Assembly: GCA_003599235.1 (NCBI GenBank)
Contig: QZJE01000003.1
Coordinates: 3,779 to 67,778, forward strand
Source: Actinomycetota bacterium
Lineage (GTDB): Bacteria; Actinomycetota; Aquicultoria; SURF-47
Length of the DNA: 64,000 nt
Direction: 5' to 3'
Below are positions 52,297 through 60,885 of the stretch, in pieces. Positions within the stretch are counted from its first letter, which is position 1, and each line of letters opens with the position of its first letter. The position numbers and the translations under genes were made by a program. A model generated the notes under the pieces. That model was not told the DNA's origin. It saw only the letters and a list, made by a program, of their open reading frames with translations, and ran no database searches.

Positions 52297-53000
52297 GGGA
52301 CTAAAATCCTTTCACAGTTCGGACACTTATTTAATTCTTTCGAAGAAGCGATACGGTCTGCCTCTTGGGCCGGCAGCTGAACATGACAGCCCTGACACAA
52401 CCCATCAATTAATGCCGCTACCGCTACCCCGCCAAGTTCTTCTCTTAAACTATCGTATTGAGCCAGTAAGCTCTTGTCGATTTTTGAAGCCTGAGTATCC
52501 CTTTTAGGCAACAACTCTTCTATCTCCTTATCATATGCAGCTGTCTGCTCTACAACCTTACCTTCTAGCTCATTAGATTTTTTAGATAAATCTTCTTTTC
52601 TTGCCTTAATTTTGTTAAGCATATCTTCTATTTCTTGAACACTTTCCATTACCTCTAAGAGGTCATTTTCAATACCATCTTTGTTTTTTTCAAAGTGTTT
52701 TAGTTCTTCTTGGATACTGCCTAATTCTTTAGGATTTGAAACCTTGCCGCTATATAACCTGTCTTGCTCTTTTTTCATTTTCTGCTCTAGCATCGTTATT
52801 TGTGACTCGATTCTATCCTGACTTTGTTTTCGCTGTTTATATGTGTCGTTTGATTTGGCCTCTAAAGAATCTAGTTTAGCGATGTCGGATTGGACTTTTT
52901 CTAACTCTTTTTGCGCCTCTAAGTTGTTTTTTTTGTGCCTTTTACTATCTATTATAGTATCTATTTCTTGCAGTTTAAGAAGATTATCGTGTGGTTGCAT
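52293..53000 (-). CDS. Coiled-coil C4 zinc-ribbon protein (DUF164/CT398-like)
   Basis: LLKLQEID, long coil, CQGC..CPNCERIL. Confidence 0.9.
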   Translation of the reverse strand: MQPHDNLLKLQEIDTIIDSKRHKKNNLEAQKELEKVQSDIAKLDSLEAKSNDTYKQRKQSQDRIESQITMLEQKMKKEQDRLYSGKVSNPKELGSIQEELKHFEKNKDGIENDLLEVMESVQEIEDMLNKIKARKEDLSKKSNELEGKVVEQTAAYDKEIEELLPKRDTQASKIDKSLLAQYDSLREELGGVAVAALIDGLCQGCHVQLPAQEADRIASSKELNKCPNCERILVP

Positions 53001-54093
53001 AATTTTTTTGCCAGGGGTTTTTCAAATTATAAAATTTTACTTTAATATTTGGACTAAGCTGCTTATTAAGCATAGTGCTAAATCTCTTCATAGCAAAGCT
53101 TTCCAAGTCAAAATGACCCACCTCTATTAAAGATAATCCTAGTTTATTGGCTAAATCAACATGGTGATAACTAATATCGCCTGTCAGATAGACATCGGCT
53201 TTTTGTTTTACAACCTCTGTCAATAATGATGCACCAGAGCCTGTACACACCGCTATTTTTTTTACCAACTTAGCCTTTGTTGTATTGGTGCGAATAAAAG
53301 TAAAATCTTTAGATAATTTTTTGATTAGTCCCGCCATTTTAAGGGGTTTTTCTAAATAGCCGATGCGGCCTAAACCAACATCTGAACTAGTGCTGCCTGG
53401 AGCAAGCTTGTAGACGTCATAGGCTACTTCTTCATAAGGATGGGCTTTTAGCATTGCTTTTCCCACTGCTTTTATTTTTTGCCCAGAAACTATCATCTCC
53501 AGACGGTTTTCTTCAACTTCATTTATAGTATTTATTTGGCCTAATGCCGGATTAGCCCCCAGAAGTGGCCTAAAAGTACCAACACCGCTTGTTCTAAAAG
53601 AAGTATAGTCGTAATTGCCAAGCCTGCCACCGCCAGCTACACTCATCGCTTTATGGACACGCTGGCTATCCTTGTGTGGAACAAATACCACTATTTTATA
53701 TAAATCCGAATCAGGAAGTATTGGCGCTGTATCCTCCAACCCTAAATAGCTAGCCACAATATCGTTTAGCCCGCCTTTTGATTTATCTAAGTTGGTATGG
53801 CAAGCAATGTGATTAATATTGCTAGTTATAGCTTCTTTGATAATTTTGCCGGTTGGATCATCGTATTCAATTTTTTTAATTTCTTTAAAAATAAGTGGGT
53901 GATGAGTGATAATTAAATTACAGCTAGCCTTTCTAGCTGCTTTTATAGAATCAAGGGTTAAATCGAGACACACCAGAACATTATCAATCTTTGCATTGTC
54001 GCTACCTAGGCTTAAGCCAACATTATCCCATGTCTCAGCCAAATTAAACTCAGATATATTATCAAGTAATTCTTTTAAATCCTTAACAAGCAC
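52984..54093 (-). CDS. Nif3-like dinuclear metal protein
   Basis: WDNVGL, THHP, HTNLD, HPYEEVAYD, GH..E. Confidence 0.94.
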   Translation of the reverse strand: MLVKDLKELLDNISEFNLAETWDNVGLSLGSDNAKIDNVLVCLDLTLDSIKAARKASCNLIITHHPLIFKEIKKIEYDDPTGKIIKEAITSNINHIACHTNLDKSKGGLNDIVASYLGLEDTAPILPDSDLYKIVVFVPHKDSQRVHKAMSVAGGGRLGNYDYTSFRTSGVGTFRPLLGANPALGQINTINEVEENRLEMIVSGQKIKAVGKAMLKAHPYEEVAYDVYKLAPGSTSSDVGLGRIGYLEKPLKMAGLIKKLSKDFTFIRTNTTKAKLVKKIAVCTGSGASLLTEVVKQKADVYLTGDISYHHVDLANKLGLSLIEVGHFDLESFAMKRFSTMLNKQLSPNIKVKFYNLKNPWQKNYATTR

Positions 54094-54504
54094 TTATAGT
54101 TTCTTAACTTTCTTTAATTTTTTGACAAGGCGCACTACCGTACCCTCTTTCCCTTCATTAATGGTTACTTCATCCATTAATGCTAGCATAAATGGAATCC
54201 CCCTGCCGCGGTGATGAAAAGAAGGGTCATCAATGGGAACTGCCGGCTTAAAAGATCCCTGGTCTGCGACCTTGATGGTGAGTTTTCCTTCTTCAAAGCT
54301 TATGGTAACGGTAACATCGTTGCTCCGTCCTTTTGGAGAACCGTGGTCAATAGCGTTACTGACCGCCTCGCAAACTGCAACTTTCATATCAAAAATGGAA
54401 GACTCGTCAAAATTGCTTTCTGATGCCACCAATTCGATAAATTCGCGAACCTTGCCCAAATTCTTCATATCAGCTTTAATCACTAGTTCGTTCTTTTTCA
54501 TCAA
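54094..54504 (-). CDS. RsbW-like anti-sigma kinase (intact HATPase motifs)
   Basis: EAVSNA, DQG, GRGI, GT. Confidence 0.9.
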   Translation of the reverse strand: MMKKNELVIKADMKNLGKVREFIELVASESNFDESSIFDMKVAVCEAVSNAIDHGSPKGRSNDVTVTISFEEGKLTIKVADQGSFKPAVPIDDPSFHHRGRGIPFMLALMDEVTINEGKEGTVVRLVKKLKKVKKL

Positions 54505-54848
54505 TAACTGCTTCCTTTTAGCTGTTTTTTAGCTTCATCAATATCAGAATACAAACTGAAACTCTTTTGCTCAGTGATTTTTACTAAATCGAGGATTTTC
54601 AAGATATTTTTGTTTTCGGTCACTATCATTAATTCTCCGTTTGTTGGCTGAAGTTTTTGCAGCTGCAAAAACAAAACTGCTATCCCGCCGCTATCTATAT
54701 AAGTCAATTGGCTAAAATCCAAAATAATTTTTTTGTGGCCTTCAAATATTAGCTGGTCTATTTTGTATTCAAGCTCAGGCGCTTTCCAGTGATCAACTTC
54801 TCCCTCGGCAACCACAACCGGGTAATCATCAATTGATTTAATAGCCAT
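54501..54848 (-). CDS. STAS anti-anti-sigma factor
   Basis: GEVD..AP, YIDSGG. Confidence 0.88.
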   Translation of the reverse strand: MAIKSIDDYPVVVAEGEVDHWKAPELEYKIDQLIFEGHKKIILDFSQLTYIDSGGIAVLFLQLQKLQPTNGELMIVTENKNILKILDLVKITEQKSFSLYSDIDEAKKQLKGSSY

Positions 54849-54890
54849 AATTCCCCCTATTGTCAACCTCATTTATTAATAAATATTATA

Positions 54891-55250
54891 CTAATCATAT
54901 ACTCTTTTAGCTAGGTAAAGCTGGTAATTTTGACCATCCTTGGTTGCCTTAAAATCATCTACTAATGATCGAAATGCATCAAAGCCAAAATGTGGGCAAG
55001 AAAAGAAACCCTCCTTACTAAATTTTTTGATGGGCCCAAGATAGATGGCAATACCGTTATCTTGAGGCACTAGCTTCATTGTTAATCTTTGAGCATGATT
55101 ATTATCAATTACCCGACCCAAAACCTCGGTTACCGCAATTTTTAAATCGTCGATTGAGTCGTCATCTAAGCCAAATTGACGGCTAACACCGGAGACCATT
55201 AATCTTAACATGCTAAGATACTCGGCTTTGGCTGGTATGGATACTTTCAA
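54891..55250 (-). CDS. Degenerate RsbW-like anti-sigma protein
   Basis: IPAKAEYL..LRL, IDDLKIAVTE; N and G1 boxes missing. Confidence 0.75.
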   Translation of the reverse strand: MKVSIPAKAEYLSMLRLMVSGVSRQFGLDDDSIDDLKIAVTEVLGRVIDNNHAQRLTMKLVPQDNGIAIYLGPIKKFSKEGFFSCPHFGFDAFRSLVDDFKATKDGQNYQLYLAKRVYD

Positions 55251-55252
55251 AG

Positions 55253-55597
55253 TTACTCCTTAATTGCTGATACCGCTTCGTCTGCTGAGTTAAAAATGGC
55301 AAAAACCTTATTTAGTCCGGTAATTTGGAAAATCTTTAAGATATTGCCTCGATTGCATGCCAGGTTGATTTTGCCTTCGTGCGGCCCTACCCTTTTTAGC
55401 CCACCTACTAATACACCTAAACCAGAGCTATCCATAAAATCAACAGCGTTTAAATCTATTACCATCTTGTATTGATTATTATCGATAACATCTAGAATCC
55501 GGCTTTTAAGCTTGGGAGCAGTATAGACATCGACCTCCCCGCCAACTTCTATTACCGGAACGCCTTCAATTTCTCTTGTTTCTGTCCTAATGTCCAT
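55253..55597 (-). CDS. STAS anti-anti-sigma factor (RsbV/BldG-like)
   Basis: GEVDVYTAPKL, FMDSSGLGVLVG, IFQITGL. Confidence 0.93.
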   Translation of the reverse strand: MDIRTETREIEGVPVIEVGGEVDVYTAPKLKSRILDVIDNNQYKMVIDLNAVDFMDSSGLGVLVGGLKRVGPHEGKINLACNRGNILKIFQITGLNKVFAIFNSADEAVSAIKE

Positions 55598-55672
55598 ATG
55601 TAACCTCCTGTTCAAAGACTTTAGAGCGTTAGAGCATTAGTTTTTTTCTCTAACACCTAACTCTCTAAATCT

Positions 55673-56461
55673 CTACTCCACTTCCCTGTCGGCTGCTTCC
55701 TCGGCTAACATCCTCTGGCGCAAAATATCCAAGGTGCGCCTTAGAAGCCTGGAAACATGCATTTGACTAATATTTAATTTCTGGGCAATTTCAGTTTGAG
55801 TAAGCCCCTTTATGAACCTGAAAAAAAGTAATTTTTTCTCTGTTGGCCCAAGTATTGAAATAGCATTTACCATGCTCGATCTCTCATAAAAACTAATTAA
55901 ATGCTTGTCTTCTTCGCCGATAAAATCCATTAATGAAAACTCTTCATCGTTTTCTGAAGACCGCTCCGAATCCAGAGATATCAGACTGTAAGCCTTACTA
56001 GTCTCCATAGCTTCGATTACTTCTTCATCACTTACTTTTAACTGCTTGGCTATCTCGGAAATTGTGGGGGACCGCCTTAATTTTTGAGTGAGATTGCCTA
56101 ATATTTCATTTATCTGCTGATTTAGCTCTTGAAGCCTCCTTGGTACGCGTATTGCCCACTTTTGATCCCTGAAATGCCTCTTAAGTGTTCCCACAATCGT
56201 CGGGGTAGCATAAGTAGTAAACTCAACCTGTCTTCCTAAATCAAAACGGTCGACTGCCTTAATTAAACCAATTGTGCCAACCTGTATTAAATCCTCTAAG
56301 GGTTCCCCCCGGCTTTTAAAACGCTTAGCTAGAAATTCCACTAAGTACATATATTCTTCTACTAACCGGTCCCTTATTTCTAAGCTATGGCTTTTTTGGT
56401 ACTTGCGAAAAAGGTTATTTGTCCTTTCTTTCTTTATGGCATTTTGATTTTTCTTTGGCAC
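55673..56461 (-). CDS. SigB/SigF/SigG-family RNA polymerase sigma factor
   Basis: DLIQVGTIGLIKAVDRFD, HFRD..W.IRVPRR, SQMHVSRL. Confidence 0.95.
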   Translation of the reverse strand: MPKKNQNAIKKERTNNLFRKYQKSHSLEIRDRLVEEYMYLVEFLAKRFKSRGEPLEDLIQVGTIGLIKAVDRFDLGRQVEFTTYATPTIVGTLKRHFRDQKWAIRVPRRLQELNQQINEILGNLTQKLRRSPTISEIAKQLKVSDEEVIEAMETSKAYSLISLDSERSSENDEEFSLMDFIGEEDKHLISFYERSSMVNAISILGPTEKKLLFFRFIKGLTQTEIAQKLNISQMHVSRLLRRTLDILRQRMLAEEAADREVE

Positions 56462-56478
56462 TTAGCTTTCCCTTATAT

Positions 56479-56868
56479 CTACCATAGGTTTTTGACTAAC
56501 TTGATGTCGTATTTGTTATTCCCTTTCGGCTTAATATCTACCTTATCCATTAAACCGGTTAATATAAAAACGCTATACTTCTTTTCCATGCTATCCTGGA
56601 CAGCTTCTACGTTAGATTTCTTAACCAGAATTTCTAAGCGGTCAGAGAAAAGGTTAAAGTCTAAGTTAAACTCACTATTATCATCAGAGCGAAATGACAG
56701 CAGAAACGCTTCTGCTATGGCCATTTTTAAATCTTCTATCTTATCCCAAGTAAAGTTCATTCTGGCAGCGACAGATGCTACCGCCAGACGAAGAACTGAA
56801 GCATAATTTTCGTTTAGGGGGACGCTAAGACTGATGCTATCACTTGTTGTCTTATCCATAGTTACCAC
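56479..56868 (-). CDS. Degenerate RsbW/UsfX-like anti-sigma protein
   Basis: LSVP..Y..VLRL, IEDLKMAIAEA, GLMD; directly upstream of sigma gene. Confidence 0.8.
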   Translation of the reverse strand: MVTMDKTTSDSISLSVPLNENYASVLRLAVASVAARMNFTWDKIEDLKMAIAEAFLLSFRSDDNSEFNLDFNLFSDRLEILVKKSNVEAVQDSMEKKYSVFILTGLMDKVDIKPKGNNKYDIKLVKNLW

Positions 56869-56912
56869 TCCATTAGTTCAAATCCAAATAATAATTAAGC
56901 GATAACTATATT

Positions 56913-56937
56913 TTACCCAAAAAACAATTGCTAAAAC
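56913..56937 (-). promoter_or_regulatory. SigB-type promoter of the sigma operon
   Basis: GTTTTA-13-GGGTAA. Confidence 0.7.
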
Positions 56938-56970
56938 TAAAAGAGTAAGAAATATGGCTTGTTTAAAACA

Positions 56971-57168
56971 TTAAGCACTTCTTTTCATCAACCTAAGAGC
57001 TGCATTCTTGGCTGATTTTGTGCCTTCTATCCCTTTTTTAGACAACATTTCTCTTGTTTTTTCTCCGGTTTGAGGAGCCATTAATAGAGCTGAGACGGTT
57101 CCAGCCAATGCTCCTGTGAAAAAACCTATTAACCCAAAATAAAAGTTTCTCCATTGATTTTCTGTCAT
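56971..57168 (-). CDS. YtxH-domain protein
   Basis: GALAG..ALLMAPQTGEKTR; GGAGG RBS. Confidence 0.88.
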   Translation of the reverse strand: MTENQWRNFYFGLIGFFTGALAGTVSALLMAPQTGEKTREMLSKKGIEGTKSAKNAALRLMKRSA

Positions 57169-57190
57169 GGTTCACCTCCACCTTAGATTA

Positions 57191-57216
57191 TTGCCCGTAA
57201 ATAATGCCTACTAAAC
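57191..57216 (-). promoter_or_regulatory. SigB-type promoter of YtxH gene
   Basis: GTTTAG-14-GGGCAA. Confidence 0.6.
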
Positions 57217-57356
57217 TATCTGCTCAATTACCCTTTTTAAATCCTGTTTATTTAGTAATGTACCTTTGAATAAACTCCCGGCCAATTTGGTAATCTAACT
57301 TATTAAGTTTCAAATAACGCATATGCGGAAATATTATTTAAACAAAGGAGATTGAT

Positions 57357-57833
57357 ATGGGTAAAAATAATGAATCAAATAAAAGATTTTTAACAGCTTT
57401 GTGGGCTTTTTTAGCTGGTATTGTCATAACTATTTTAACCACTCCCAAGTCAGGTAAATCAACCAGGAATTGGATTGGCAATCAAGCAAAACATGCAAGA
57501 CATTTAGGTAAAAGAACAATAAGACGGGCCGGTAGCAAAATACGCTATTTTGCCGGTTACGCCAAAGGTTCTTTTTCTAAAGCAAGTGAGTTTTTAAATC
57601 CAACAGTGGAGTTTGCTGATGATGATTTAATAACCGATCGCGTTAAGACCGAATTAGGAGAAAATCCGCTTACTTGGGACTTGCCTGAGCGCTTAAATAT
57701 CAATTGCGAAAATGGTATTGTAATAATCCGCGGCCCTGTTGAAAACTGGCAGCAAAAACAAGATGTTGAAGATGTAATTAAGCAGGTTGAAGGTGTAGTG
57801 GGTTTGGTAAACGACTTGCGGATAGTTGCTTAA
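57357..57833 (+). CDS. YtxH-like N-terminus plus BON-domain protein
   Basis: LTTPKSGKSTR; DDLITDRVKTEL..G.V.IRG.V..V.GV..LVNDL. Confidence 0.85.
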   Translation: MGKNNESNKRFLTALWAFLAGIVITILTTPKSGKSTRNWIGNQAKHARHLGKRTIRRAGSKIRYFAGYAKGSFSKASEFLNPTVEFADDDLITDRVKTELGENPLTWDLPERLNINCENGIVIIRGPVENWQQKQDVEDVIKQVEGVVGLVNDLRIVA

Positions 57834-57847
57834 ACTAGCTATGTCTT

Positions 57848-57925
57848 GGGGTCCTGTCACCCCGGAAGTCTTTCTGCCGTGCTCATCATATTGCGCGCGG
57901 CCGAAAGCCACCGGCGTGCCACCCC
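57848..57925. repeat. 78-nt GC-rich palindromic element, copy 2 (inverted relative to copy 1)
   Basis: Reverse complement aligns to 25419-25497. Confidence 0.88.
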
Positions 57926-57935
57926 TGCAGAATCT

Positions 57936-58829
57936 CTATATATTTCCAAGATACACGTATTTGACTCCCCTCTCTAAAGCTAGCTCCTCTGCCAGCTTAA
58001 GTGTTTTAATTGGCGTGGGGGGTTGGGTATACTGGTAGTTTGGGAAGTAGCGACAGAAATGCAAAGGAACTTTATCTCCAACATTAGCAATAATCCAGTC
58101 TATTAAACCAGCAATATCTTGCTCTTTATCATTTAAGCCAGGCACAATGAGATTTGTTAGCTCGATATGGATTAAGGAAGCTGCTTTTTTTATGGTATTT
58201 AACACCGGTTTTAAGTATCCTGCAAGATTATCGTAAACTTCTTGCTTAATCCCTTTTAAATCGATGTTCATAGCATCGATGAACGGCAATAATTCTTCAA
58301 GAGGCTTGGGGTTAACCATGCCGTTTGTAACCATCACATTGACCAGGCCTGCTTCTTTGGCTTTTTTTGAACAATCCAAGACGAACTCATAAGACATAAA
58401 GGGCTCGTTGTATGTGTAAGCAATGCCGATATTGCCTTGGGCTTTTAGGTTTAAAGCCTCCTCTACCACTTCCCCTGCTGACGTTTGGCTAGTGCCTTCT
58501 TCTATCATAATCTCGGGATTTTCTGGTGTTGAATAACTTTTCGGCTGGGATATCGACCAGTTTTGGCAAAACGGGCATGCTAAATTGCAACCAAGAGCTC
58601 CAATCGAGTAAATCATACTGCCCGGTTTAAAATGATAAAGTGGTTTTTTCTCAATTGGATCCAGATTCTTTGACGAAATCTGCCCGAAGTTTAAGGCCCA
58701 CAGCTTGCCCTCATTATTGTATCTTACTTGGCAAAGACCAACCTCACCTGGATTAATCATGCAACCTTGCGGGCAAAGTAAGCATGTAATTTTACTATCA
58801 ACTTTTTTATAATACTGTGCTTGATGCAT
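57936..58829 (-). CDS. AmmeMemoRadiSam-type radical SAM enzyme
   Basis: CLLCP..C, DPIEKKPLYHF, GCNLACPFCQN, YTYNEP. Confidence 0.9.
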   Translation of the reverse strand: MHQAQYYKKVDSKITCLLCPQGCMINPGEVGLCQVRYNNEGKLWALNFGQISSKNLDPIEKKPLYHFKPGSMIYSIGALGCNLACPFCQNWSISQPKSYSTPENPEIMIEEGTSQTSAGEVVEEALNLKAQGNIGIAYTYNEPFMSYEFVLDCSKKAKEAGLVNVMVTNGMVNPKPLEELLPFIDAMNIDLKGIKQEVYDNLAGYLKPVLNTIKKAASLIHIELTNLIVPGLNDKEQDIAGLIDWIIANVGDKVPLHFCRYFPNYQYTQPPTPIKTLKLAEELALERGVKYVYLGNI

Positions 58830-58992
58830 ACCTAAAAAATACGCCTTTTTTGCCGAAATATCACTAAATTAATCAACAAATTTACAAATTTTGGTTTCAG
58901 GGGCTTACCTGTTTGGATATAAAGATGTATATTTTACCGTGATAGTATTACCGTTTGTATGGGAATCACTCGATTAAAGGACAAGTAACCCT

Positions 58993-60885
58993 ATGGCTTT
59001 AAGCCCAAGGCCTGAAGAGCCTGAACAAAAAAACAGCTACGAGCAATTGTTTGATGTATTTGCCAAAATCACACCAGCTGCTATTTTTATGCACCAGGGC
59101 AAAAATTATGTCTACATCAACTCTTTTGCCTCAACTTTAACAGGGTATTCGGCTAAAGAGATTTGTGAACTTCACTTTTCTGACATCGTATCTCCAAAAT
59201 ACCGGGAAATGGTTAAACAAAGAGGACTGGCAAGGCTTAAAGGAAAAGCTGTTCCTAACCGCTATGATTTCCCTATTATCAGAAAGGATGGTAAGCAAAG
59301 ATGGGTAGATTTATCGGTTTCCATAACCGAGTATAACGGAAAACCTTCAGTTTTCGGTGTTGCTTTTGACATAACAGAGCTTAAAAAGACTCAACAAGAG
59401 CTAGCCGAAGAAATGAATAAATACCAATCACTAGCTGAATCAGCTCGCGATTTTATTTTCTTAGTTGATAACAATATGGTTATAGAATATGTAAACAAGT
59501 ATGCTAATAAACATTTTCATAAAAAAGAAAAGCTAACCGGCAAAAAGATAAGCGATGTCTTTCCTAAACATACGCATGAAAGACAAATGCAGAACTTGAA
59601 AGCTGTTTTTAAGACCGGTAAATCTGCCCGGGTTACGGGTAAATTCGTTTTTAAAAATACCGATTACTGGCTAGATACCTCCTTGGTTCCCCTAAAAGAT
59701 GCAACTAACAAGGTGTACTCTGTTATGGGAATATCCCGTGATATTACCGAGAAAAAGGAAGCCGAACTTGCAACCAAGAAAAGTGAAAAGCTTTATCGGA
59801 GCTTGGTTGAAACCTCTCCTGATGCTATCATCCTGACTGATTTAAATATGAAAATCCAGATGTATAATCAGCAAACTGCTGCACTTTTTAAAATAAAAGA
59901 TACCTCAGAAGCCCTAGGCAAGTTATCCTTAGACTATATTTCAAGGGCTGATATTAAAAGAGCAAAAAAAGACATTAAAAAAACTTTACTTAGCGGAAAA
60001 GCCAGGCGGGTGGAATATAGCCTGGTTAAAGAGGATGGTTCCCATTTTATTGGCTTGGTTAACGTCACTGTAATCTATGACGAACAAGCTAAACCTTTGT
60101 CTATTCTAGCTATTGTTGAGGATGTAACACAGCGCAAAAAGGCTGAGGAGTCTTTAGCCAAAGCTCACCAAATTAGCGTCAACATATCCCATACCCTCCA
60201 ACAAAGCCTACTGCCTCAACATTTACCAAGCATTAAAGGCCTAAATATCAAAACATATTATCGATCAGCCTCTAGGGGAGCCGAAGTTGGCGGTGATTTT
60301 TTTGATATTTTCGAGCTGCCTGGCAACAATTACGGTATCGTGATGGGAGATGTATCCGGCAAAGGAATAGAGGCTGCCACTGAGACCGCTAAAATAAAAT
60401 ATCTGTTAAGAGACAGGGCATACGGAAAAACAATGCCTTCTGATGTATTAACTAATGTTAATAACGCTTTATTTAAACAGAAAACGGTCCGTTTTACTGC
60501 TCTTACTTATGCAATTTTTTTAACCAAAGAATCTAAACTTTTAATAAGCAATGCAGGAAACCCATACCCCTATTGTGTTACAGAAGACAGGTTCTTAGAG
60601 CTAACCGGAGTTCCGGTATCTATTAAGCCAAAGCAAAAATACGAAACAACAGAGCTTGAACTTAAAGATAGCGACACCTTGTTAATGTATACCGACGGAT
60701 TAACTGAAGCCAGAATTGACTCAAAACTTTATGGCGAACAAAGGGTCTGCCAATTTGTCAAAAAAAATAAACATCTTGCTTTAAATATGCTATTAAAAAA
60801 GCTGGTAGAGGAAGCGTCTGCTTTTTCAAAAAATAAGCTCACAGATGATATATTATTAATAGGCATAAAGAAAAAGGCTAGTTAA
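58993..60885 (+). CDS. Triple-PAS PP2C (SpoIIE/RsbU-family) phosphatase
   Basis: Three PAS/PAC units (DITE.K); VGGDFFD, GDVSGKG, YTDGLTEA, DD. Confidence 0.92.
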   Translation: MALSPRPEEPEQKNSYEQLFDVFAKITPAAIFMHQGKNYVYINSFASTLTGYSAKEICELHFSDIVSPKYREMVKQRGLARLKGKAVPNRYDFPIIRKDGKQRWVDLSVSITEYNGKPSVFGVAFDITELKKTQQELAEEMNKYQSLAESARDFIFLVDNNMVIEYVNKYANKHFHKKEKLTGKKISDVFPKHTHERQMQNLKAVFKTGKSARVTGKFVFKNTDYWLDTSLVPLKDATNKVYSVMGISRDITEKKEAELATKKSEKLYRSLVETSPDAIILTDLNMKIQMYNQQTAALFKIKDTSEALGKLSLDYISRADIKRAKKDIKKTLLSGKARRVEYSLVKEDGSHFIGLVNVTVIYDEQAKPLSILAIVEDVTQRKKAEESLAKAHQISVNISHTLQQSLLPQHLPSIKGLNIKTYYRSASRGAEVGGDFFDIFELPGNNYGIVMGDVSGKGIEAATETAKIKYLLRDRAYGKTMPSDVLTNVNNALFKQKTVRFTALTYAIFLTKESKLLISNAGNPYPYCVTEDRFLELTGVPVSIKPKQKYETTELELKDSDTLLMYTDGLTEARIDSKLYGEQRVCQFVKKNKHLALNMLLKKLVEEASAFSKNKLTDDILLIGIKKKAS

